From Alphaproteobacteria bacterium (lineage in GTDB: Bacteria > Pseudomonadota > Alphaproteobacteria > MPNO01), in the NCBI GenBank assembly GCA_965248835.1, contig CBDFLJ010000001.1, positions 1,440,001 through 1,504,000 of the forward strand: DNA of 64,000 nt, written 5' to 3'. Shown here in pieces: positions 57,181 through 64,000 of the stretch (position 1 is its first letter; each line of letters starts with the position of its first letter). Both the position numbers and the translations under genes were made by a program. Under the pieces are notes generated by a model. It was not told the origin of the DNA. It made no database searches and saw nothing but the letters and a program-made list of their open reading frames with translations.

Positions 57181-59090
57181 TCCGCGGCCCCGCGGACCGC
57201 CGCGTCCCTTCCGTCGGCGTCCTGGCTCTGCAGCGCGAACAGGAAGGCGTAGTGGCCGCCCAGCGCGATCAGGCTCTTGTGGGTGCCGCGCTCGATGATC
57301 CTGCCTTCCTCCAGCACGATGATCTCGTCGGCATCGCGCAGCGCGCCCAGCCGGTGAGAGATGATGATCGTCGCCGCGGTGGCCATGGCCGGGGCGAGGG
57401 CCTGACGGATCCGGCTTTCGGTCGCGGCATCGATCGCAGCCGTCGAATCGTCCAGCACCAGGACCGACGGCGCCAGAACCGCGGTGCGCGCGATCGCAGT
57501 GCGCTGTTTCTGGCCGCCGGACAGCGACACCCCGCGCTCGCCGACCAGGGTCTCGTAGCCGTTGCGGAGCCCGCCGATGAAACCGTCGATCTGGGCCAGC
57601 GCGGCCGCCTCGCGGATCTCGCCCTCCTCGGCCCAGGGATCGCCGTAGGCGATGTTGTTCTCCAGCGAGGCGGTGAACAGGAACGGGTCCTGCGGGATCA
57701 CCCGGACGGTCCGGCGCAGCGAGTCCAGGGTGAGCGACCGGATGTCCCGCCCGTCGATGGTGATCCGCCCGGCGGTGACGTCGTAATAGCGCGGCAGCAG
57801 GTGGGCGATGGTCGACTTGCCGCTGCCGGGCGGGCCGACGATGCCCAGCGTCTTGCCGCGGCGGACCTCGAAGGAGATGGCTTGCAGAGCCGGCGGGCCG
57901 TCGCCGCCGCCATAGGCGAAGCCGACGTCTTCGAAGCGCAGCGTGCCGTCGGCGACCGCGAGCGGCTTCGCGCCCTCGGCATCGCGCACCGCGGGCTCCA
58001 GATCGAGGACCGCGAACAACCGCGCGCCGCAGGTCGACGCTCTGGCGAAGGCGTTGACCACCAGGCCGAGCTGGCGGACCGGGAGCTGCAGGATAGTGAT
58101 GAAGGTGAGGAACTCCGTCAGCATCCCGACCGACATGGTGCCGTCGATCACCCGCAGCCCGCCGACCCAGAGCACCAGCCCCATGGCGAGGAAATAGGCG
58201 AAGGTCATCTGCGTGCTGTAGCCGACCCGGGTCTTGATGCGGCTGGCGGAAAGCGCCAGCGCCTCCTCCGAAGCGGCGTCGTATTTGCGCAGCTCGTGAG
58301 GCTCGGCGCCGAAGGCGCGCACCACCCGGAGCCCGGTCAGGTTCTCGTCCATGATCCGGCCGAGCACCCCCATGCGGTCCTGGAACGCGAACCACAGATA
58401 GCGCAGCTTAAGCCTGGAGACGGCCGATCGCCACGCGACATAGGGCACGAAGCTCAGGCTGAGCAGCCCCAGAACCGGATCGGTCGAAATCAACATCCAG
58501 GCCCCGGCGCCGATCAGGATCACCAGCAGCAGAACCCGCAGGAGGCCGGTATTGACGAACATGCGCACGCCTTCGAGGTCGAGCATGCCGCGGGTGATCA
58601 GCTCTCCGGTATGGATCCGGTCGTGGAACGAGAAGCTGAGCTGCTGGAGCTTGCCGTAAAAGGCGAGCCTGAGATCGTAGGCCAGGCGGTGGCCGATGTC
58701 CTCCCCGCCGTAGTTGTGGATCAGGGTGAAGATCCCGCGCAGCATCGACGCGCCCAGCAGGAGCAGGGCGGCGTGCTCGAGCGCCTCGCGGGCGAGCGCG
58801 GGGGAGACCGACCGGTTGCCGAGAAGGCCCAGCGCACCGTCGACCGCATCGCCGACCAGCCGCGGGACGGCAAGCTGGAAGGCGGCGGCGATGACGGTCG
58901 CGACCACCGCGATCAGGACGCGATAGCGGTAGCGCAACACGATCCGCGTGATCCGCCAAAGGATTTCCGCATCGCCTGTCGGCGCTGCCTGGTCGGCGTC
59001 CGCCATGCCGGCATAGGCCTTGGCGTAAGCTCTGGGGTGCGCAGACGCTTGGCGTCCGTCCTCGCCGGCCGAGTTTGCTCGCGTGCTCAT
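57177..59090 (-). CDS. Heterodimeric ABC exporter subunit (degenerate Walker B)
   Basis: TM domain; GPPGSGKST, LSGGQKQR, LVLDDST (catalytic Glu replaced by Asp), ISHRL; TM287/288-like asymmetry; start uncertain. Confidence 0.92.
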   Translation of the reverse strand: MSTRANSAGEDGRQASAHPRAYAKAYAGMADADQAAPTGDAEILWRITRIVLRYRYRVLIAVVATVIAAAFQLAVPRLVGDAVDGALGLLGNRSVSPALAREALEHAALLLLGASMLRGIFTLIHNYGGEDIGHRLAYDLRLAFYGKLQQLSFSFHDRIHTGELITRGMLDLEGVRMFVNTGLLRVLLLVILIGAGAWMLISTDPVLGLLSLSFVPYVAWRSAVSRLKLRYLWFAFQDRMGVLGRIMDENLTGLRVVRAFGAEPHELRKYDAASEEALALSASRIKTRVGYSTQMTFAYFLAMGLVLWVGGLRVIDGTMSVGMLTEFLTFITILQLPVRQLGLVVNAFARASTCGARLFAVLDLEPAVRDAEGAKPLAVADGTLRFEDVGFAYGGGDGPPALQAISFEVRRGKTLGIVGPPGSGKSTIAHLLPRYYDVTAGRITIDGRDIRSLTLDSLRRTVRVIPQDPFLFTASLENNIAYGDPWAEEGEIREAAALAQIDGFIGGLRNGYETLVGERGVSLSGGQKQRTAIARTAVLAPSVLVLDDSTAAIDAATESRIRQALAPAMATAATIIISHRLGALRDADEIIVLEEGRIIERGTHKSLIALGGHYAFLFALQSQDADGRDAAVRGAAE

Positions 59091-59187
59091 TCGCACCCGT
59101 TATACGGCGCGATCGCCCGGGGTCCAATCTCGGCCGGCGCGCTGCTAAGGTGGTCGGCGGAAAAAGCTATCGAGGAGACGAACCGAA

Positions 59188-60159
59188 ATGACGACCGGAC
59201 CGAAGCCGCGGGTGATCGCGATCGAGGAGCACTATCTGGACGCCGCGGTCGATGAGGCCCTGGGCGGCAAGGGCGGCGGGGGCGGGCCGGTCCGCGACCG
59301 CCTGGCAGACCTCGACGGTGCGCGCATCACGGAGATGGACGAGGCCGGCATCGACGTCCAGGTGCTCTCGCACTGCCCGCCGGGCGCCCAGATCTTCGAG
59401 CCCGGCGAGGCCGGTGCGATGGCGCGCGGCATCAACGACCGGCTGCACGCGGTCGTCGAGGCCAGGCCCGACCGGTTCGGCGCCTTCGCCACCCTGCCGA
59501 CGCGCAACCCCGAGGCCTCGGCCGACGAGCTTGAGCGCTGCGTGAGCGATCTCGGCTTCAAGGGCGGCATGGTGCACGGGCTGACCGAGAACCAGTTCAT
59601 CGACATGCCGCGGTTCCGGCCGATCTTTACGCGCGCCGCCGCGCTCGACGTGCCGATCTACATCCATCCCGGCTGGCCGCATGCTGCCGTCGTGGAGGCG
59701 TATTACAAGGACTACATGGACAAACATCCGGCGATCACCACCGCCGGATGGGGCTTCACGGTCGAGACCGCGACCGCGGGCCTCAGGCTGATTCTCAGCG
59801 GGATCTTCGATGAACTCCCCGGCCTCAAGATCATCCTCGGCCATCTCGGCGAGGGCCTGCCGTTCTCGCTATGGCGGATCGATGCGTCCTTCCGCGCCTT
59901 CGCGCGGCCCGACGTCCCGGCGGTCCCGATCCGCGAGCTGTTCCGCAAGCATTTCTGGATCACCACCAGCGGCAACTTCTCCGATCCGGCACTGATGTGC
60001 TGCGCGATGGAACTCGGCATCGACCGGATCCTGTTCTCGGTCGATTGGCCCTATGTTGAGAACGCGCCCGGCACCGAATGGATGACCCGCATCCCCTTCG
60101 GCACCGAGGACCGCGAAAAGATCCTGCACGGCAACGCCGAGCGGCTGCTCAAGATGTAG
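59188..60159 (+). CDS. Amidohydrolase-2 family decarboxylase (LigW/gamma-resorcylate decarboxylase-like)
   Basis: IAIEEH, MD..GID.QVLS, PIYIHP, ILGHLGE.LPF, ITTSG, FSVDWPY, GNAERLL. Confidence 0.88.
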   Translation: MTTGPKPRVIAIEEHYLDAAVDEALGGKGGGGGPVRDRLADLDGARITEMDEAGIDVQVLSHCPPGAQIFEPGEAGAMARGINDRLHAVVEARPDRFGAFATLPTRNPEASADELERCVSDLGFKGGMVHGLTENQFIDMPRFRPIFTRAAALDVPIYIHPGWPHAAVVEAYYKDYMDKHPAITTAGWGFTVETATAGLRLILSGIFDELPGLKIILGHLGEGLPFSLWRIDASFRAFARPDVPAVPIRELFRKHFWITTSGNFSDPALMCCAMELGIDRILFSVDWPYVENAPGTEWMTRIPFGTEDREKILHGNAERLLKM

Positions 60160-60284
60160 CGCCGGCCCGGCAGTCCCGGCCGAGCGAGATGCCGCAAATG
60201 CGCAGCGGCGGACCATGTCTGCTGCCGAGTTGCCGCGCTCGGCGCACGCGGTCACAATCGCCGCGATCAAGCCATGCGGATCGG

Positions 60285-61484
60285 ATGATGACGGGAACGG
60301 ACGGATCGGGGTACGGGCGCATCGGCGTGGTGCCCGAGGAAGACCACACGCTGAGCCGGGTCGGGTTCGGGACGCCGATGGGCGAGATGCTGCGGCGCTA
60401 TTGGCAGCCGGTCTGCCTGTCCGACGAGCTTGGCGCGCTGCCCAAGCGGGTGCGCATCCTGGGCGAGGACCTCGTGGCGTTCCGCGACAGGTCCGGTCGG
60501 GCCGGGCTGCTCTACGCCCATTGCATCCATCGCGGCACCTCGCTCGAGTTCGGCCAGATCGACGATGCCGGCATCCGATGCTGCTATCACGGCTGGCACT
60601 TCGACGTCGAAGGGCGCTGCCTCGACCAGCCCGCCGAGCCGCTGGGCAGCGACTACAAGGACAAGGTCCGCCAGCCCTGGTACCCGGTCCACGAATATCA
60701 CGGGCTGGTCTTCGCCTATATGGGGCCGCCGGACAGGAAGCCGCCGTTTCGCAGGTACAGCGTCCTGGAGCGTCCGGGCTCCGCGTACGGCGCCTACCGC
60801 GACCACAGCCGCGGCGAAATCGCGCAATGCAACTGGCTCCAGCTCCAGGAGAACGCCATCGATGCCTGGCACACCTACGTGCTGCACACCTGGCATGGCG
60901 GGGTGTTCAACTTCACCGACGCCTATTCGGCCCGCCCGGAGATCGACTTCGTCGATGTCGGCCACGGCATCCAGTACATCCGCGAGGCGACGCTGCCCAA
61001 CGGCAACCGGTTCCTGCGCGTCAGCGAGGTGATCGTGCCGACCGCGCGCTGCATCCCGCCGGCGACGGTGCTGGGTGATGACCCCGGGCGCGAGACCGAG
61101 CCGGCCCGACGGATCGGCTGGTGGGTGCCGGTCGACGACACGAGCTCGGTCGGCTTCCACATCAACCTGTCGCCGCCGGGCAGCGACACCCCGCCGCGGC
61201 GCACCGCGCTGGCGATGCCGCCGCGCAGCTACGCGGACCGCCAGCGCCTGCCCGATGACTGGGAGGCGCAGGTCAGCCAGGGCCCGATTGCCAGCCGGGC
61301 CCGCGAGCATCTGGGCACCTCGGACAGGGGGGTGGTGATGTTCCGCCGCCTGCTGACGGCCGGGCTGGCCGCGGTCGCGCGCGGCCAGGACCCGCCGGGG
61401 TTGCTGCGCGGGGCCGACGCGCCGGTCCTTCGCATCGGCGCCCGCAACGCGGTCACCGCGCCGGAGGGGATGCTCGCCCAATGA
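60285..61484 (+). CDS. Rieske oxygenase alpha subunit, phthalate dioxygenase/LigXa-like
   Basis: GTPMGE.LRRYW.P, LGEDLV.FRD, CIHRG, CCYHGW, CNWLQ..EN.ID..H...LH, EHLG.SD.GV...RR. Confidence 0.9.
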   Translation: MMTGTDGSGYGRIGVVPEEDHTLSRVGFGTPMGEMLRRYWQPVCLSDELGALPKRVRILGEDLVAFRDRSGRAGLLYAHCIHRGTSLEFGQIDDAGIRCCYHGWHFDVEGRCLDQPAEPLGSDYKDKVRQPWYPVHEYHGLVFAYMGPPDRKPPFRRYSVLERPGSAYGAYRDHSRGEIAQCNWLQLQENAIDAWHTYVLHTWHGGVFNFTDAYSARPEIDFVDVGHGIQYIREATLPNGNRFLRVSEVIVPTARCIPPATVLGDDPGRETEPARRIGWWVPVDDTSSVGFHINLSPPGSDTPPRRTALAMPPRSYADRQRLPDDWEAQVSQGPIASRAREHLGTSDRGVVMFRRLLTAGLAAVARGQDPPGLLRGADAPVLRIGARNAVTAPEGMLAQ

Positions 61485-63883
61485 CCGTAGAGGAGGCGGC
61501 CGGACAGCTCGCCGCCGCGCGGCCGCAACTCGTCGGCGCCCGGATCACCCGGCGGGAAGACCCCCGCCTGCTGCGCGGCGACGGCTGCTTCCTCGACGAC
61601 CGGCACGTCCACGGCATGGCGCACCTCGCCTTCCGGCGCAGCGAGACCGCGCACGGCCGGCTCGCCGGCATCGATGCCGCGGCCGCGCTTGCGATGCCGG
61701 GTGTCATCGGCGTTTACACCGCCGCGGATCTCGCTTCGATCGCCCGGCCTATCCGCGCCACCTCGCGGATGCGCGACTACCATGCGACGCCTCTGCGGCC
61801 GCTGGCCCTCGACAAGGTGCGCCATGTCGGCGAGCCGGTGGCCGCGGTGGTCGCCGAAAGCCGATACGCGGCCGAGGATGCGGCCGGGCGGATCACGCTC
61901 GACATCGAACCGCTGCCGAGCCTGGTCGACGCGGCGGCCGCGGCCGCGGATCGGGACACGCTGCTTTACGAGGACGCCGGGACCAACGTGCTCGCTGTGC
62001 GCGGCTTCGGCCGCGGTGATATCGACCAGGCGATGGCACAGGCCGCGGTCCGCGTCGCCGGCCGCTTCCGGATCCACCGCAAGACGCCGGTGACGCTGGA
62101 AGCGCGCGGCGGGCTCGCCGATTACGACAAACGGAGCCGCACGCTCACCCTGCACTCCACGACCCAGATCCCCGGCATCATCCGCGACGCATTTGCCGAG
62201 ATCTTCGCGATGCCCGGCAGCCGGGTGCGGGTCATCGCATCCGATGTCGGCGGCGGGTTCGGCGCCAAGGCGACGCTGTATTCCGAGGACATATGTCTGG
62301 CGGCGCTGGCGCTGATGCTCGGCCGGCCGGTCAAATGGTCCGGCGACCGGCAGGAGGACCTGCTGTCGACCACCCAGGCGTTTGACGAGACCATCGAGGC
62401 AACGCTCGCGCTCGACGCCGACGGCACCGTGCTTGCGCTCAAAGCCGATGCGCTGGGCGATATCGGTTCCTATTCGGTCTACCCTTGGACCGCCTGCCTG
62501 GAGCCGGTCCAGGTGGTGAGCTTCCTGCCCGGGCCCTACCGGATGCCGGTCTATGACGGCCGCGTGCGGGCGGTCGCGACCAGCAAGCCCGGCGGCGGGC
62601 CCTATCGCGGGGTCGGGCGGCCGATCGCGGCCTTCGTGATCGAACGTCTGATGGACATGGCCGCGGCACGGCTCGGCATGGACCCGGTAGCGCTGCGCCG
62701 CCGCAATTTGGTGGCCGAGGACGAGTTCCCCTACAAGGCGGCCTCCGGCCTGGTCTGGGACCGCTCCAGCTTCATCGGGTGTCTCGACCGGGCCTGCGAG
62801 ACGGTCGATTACCAAGCCTTGCGCAACCAGCGCGATGCCGCGCGCACCGCCGGCCGCTGGGCCGGGGTCGGCGTCGCCTGCTATGCCGAGCTCACCGGGC
62901 TGGGCTCGCGCATCTCGGTCGCGCCCGGCATGCCGGTCAACACCGGGACCGAAGGGGCTTCGGTCGAGATCGATGCGACCGGTTCGGTCACCGCCTTCTT
63001 CGGGGTCTGTTCTCAGGGTCAGGGAATCGAGACTACGCTGGCCCAGGTGGTGGCCCAGGAGCTCGGCGCCGGTATCGGGGACATCCATGTCGATCTCGGC
63101 GACAGTGCGACCAACGCCCACAGCACCGGCACCTATGCCAGCCGCAGCGCGGTGCTCGCCGGCGGCGCCGGCATTCTGGCTGCGCGCGCGGTCCGCGCAA
63201 AAATCCTCCGCTGCGCGGCCCATCTGCTGGAAGCCGCCGAGCCCGACATCGAGATCGCCAACGGCATCGTTCAGGTCGCCGGCACCGATCGGAGGATGAA
63301 TTTTGCCGAGCTCGCCAGGGCGGTCTACGCCGACATGGGCCGGCTGCCCAAGGAGTTGCGCGACGAAATCGGCAACCTTGAAGCGCGCAGGGTATACGAT
63401 CCGTTCTTCGCAACCGCGACGTCGGCCACCCATATCGCGATGGTCGAGATCGACCGAGAGACCTGCGCGGTCTCGGTCGGCCGCTATGTCGTGGTCGAGG
63501 ACTGCGGCCGGGTGATCAACCCGCTGATCGCCGACGGCCAGGCCCATGGCGGCGTCGCCCAGGGGATCGGTGCGGCCCTCCTGGAGGAGGTGGTCCACGA
63601 CCAGACAGGCCAGATGCTCACGGCCAGCCTCGCCGACTATCTCGTGCCGTCGTCCTGCGACATCCCGCGCATGGAGGTCGTCCACCTCGAGGACGAGCCG
63701 CCGGGCACGCTGGGCGGCGTCCGCGGGCTGGGCGAGGGCGGCACCATCGGCGGCTTGGCGGTGATCGCCAACGCGGTCGCCGATGCGCTGTCGCCGCTCG
63801 GCGTCGTGGTGACCGAGGTGCCGCTGACCCCGGCCCGGATCTTCGGGCTGGTCGAGGCGGCGCGCTCGGCGGCCGAACCCTGA
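61481..63883 (+). CDS. Xanthine dehydrogenase/CoxL-family molybdopterin-binding large subunit
   Basis: RREDPRLL.G.G, DVGGGFG.K, PYRGVGRP, QGQG.ETT, T.ASRS, GQ.HGGVAQG, G.GEGG; ATGA overlap with the Rieske gene. Confidence 0.92.
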   Translation: MTVEEAAGQLAAARPQLVGARITRREDPRLLRGDGCFLDDRHVHGMAHLAFRRSETAHGRLAGIDAAAALAMPGVIGVYTAADLASIARPIRATSRMRDYHATPLRPLALDKVRHVGEPVAAVVAESRYAAEDAAGRITLDIEPLPSLVDAAAAAADRDTLLYEDAGTNVLAVRGFGRGDIDQAMAQAAVRVAGRFRIHRKTPVTLEARGGLADYDKRSRTLTLHSTTQIPGIIRDAFAEIFAMPGSRVRVIASDVGGGFGAKATLYSEDICLAALALMLGRPVKWSGDRQEDLLSTTQAFDETIEATLALDADGTVLALKADALGDIGSYSVYPWTACLEPVQVVSFLPGPYRMPVYDGRVRAVATSKPGGGPYRGVGRPIAAFVIERLMDMAAARLGMDPVALRRRNLVAEDEFPYKAASGLVWDRSSFIGCLDRACETVDYQALRNQRDAARTAGRWAGVGVACYAELTGLGSRISVAPGMPVNTGTEGASVEIDATGSVTAFFGVCSQGQGIETTLAQVVAQELGAGIGDIHVDLGDSATNAHSTGTYASRSAVLAGGAGILAARAVRAKILRCAAHLLEAAEPDIEIANGIVQVAGTDRRMNFAELARAVYADMGRLPKELRDEIGNLEARRVYDPFFATATSATHIAMVEIDRETCAVSVGRYVVVEDCGRVINPLIADGQAHGGVAQGIGAALLEEVVHDQTGQMLTASLADYLVPSSCDIPRMEVVHLEDEPPGTLGGVRGLGEGGTIGGLAVIANAVADALSPLGVVVTEVPLTPARIFGLVEAARSAAEP

Positions 63884-63901
63884 GCTGCATCGGCCGCGCC
63901 G

Positions 63902-64000
63902 ATGGCGGACGCGCTGACGCTGACCACGATCGGGCTGACGTTCCTGCTCGCCGGCACGGTCAAGGGGGTCATCGGGCTCGGCCTGCCCACGGTTTCGCTC
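63902..64000 (+). CDS. Sulfite exporter TauE/SafE family protein (partial, runs off the window)
   Basis: MADALTLTTIGLTFLLAGTVKGVIGLGLPTVSL fits the AG.VKG..G.G.P start of TauE proteins. Confidence 0.7.
   Translation, partial: MADALTLTTIGLTFLLAGTVKGVIGLGLPTVSL

Noticed and set aside
55318-58395. 1025-aa ABC fusion
   Set aside because: The upstream part is a shadow frame of the preceding ABC gene; the real start at 57180 overlaps its stop
37356-63883. Aerobic CO dehydrogenase (coxL) call for the two Mo subunits
   Set aside because: Active-site loops read PYRGVAR and PYRGVGR, not AYxCSFR (form I) or AYRGAGR (form II), and coxMS is absent
1-64000. CRISPR arrays, tRNA/rRNA, riboswitches, nucleotide-level tandem repeat arrays
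   Set aside because: None recognised by eye. Intergenic gaps are short; a covariance-model search would be needed to exclude small RNAs.

Overview
High-GC (about 70% by eye) alphaproteobacterial chromosome segment. The housekeeping synteny (purKE, trcR, rpmE, suhB-efp-epmB-epmA, large NAD-glutamate dehydrogenase) suggests a Rhodospirillales/Kiloniellales-like host. About 55 CDS are called; no rRNA, tRNA or CRISPR array was recognised. Three blocks: (1) 1-18.4 kb, a cyclic-amide/pyrimidine catabolic island with a CE4 deacetylase, a small Cys protein, a COG0523 GTPase, hydantoinase/oxoprolinase A and B, an 830-aa SPFH/flotillin, a split Pot-type ABC importer, dihydropyrimidinase, a beta-ureidopropionase-like nitrilase and three orphan membrane proteins; (2) 18.5-37 kb, core genes including a non-flagellar MotA/MotB-like pair with an OmpA-domain gene; (3) 37-64 kb, aromatic/N-heterocycle catabolic genes, GDH, an internally deleted IS1595 remnant and a heterodimeric ABC exporter. 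The best candidate for an undescribed system is block 1. Its hydantoinase B subunit carries an N-terminal Rad52/22-like domain that appears to have lost its DNA-binding residues. It sits in an apparent operon with an internally duplicated, elongated flotillin and the transporter ATPase, flanked by two paralogous orphan 4-TM proteins. This hints at a membrane-anchored SPFH scaffold or cage for uptake-coupled catabolism. That model is inference; all family calls are from motif recognition by eye, with no database searches.
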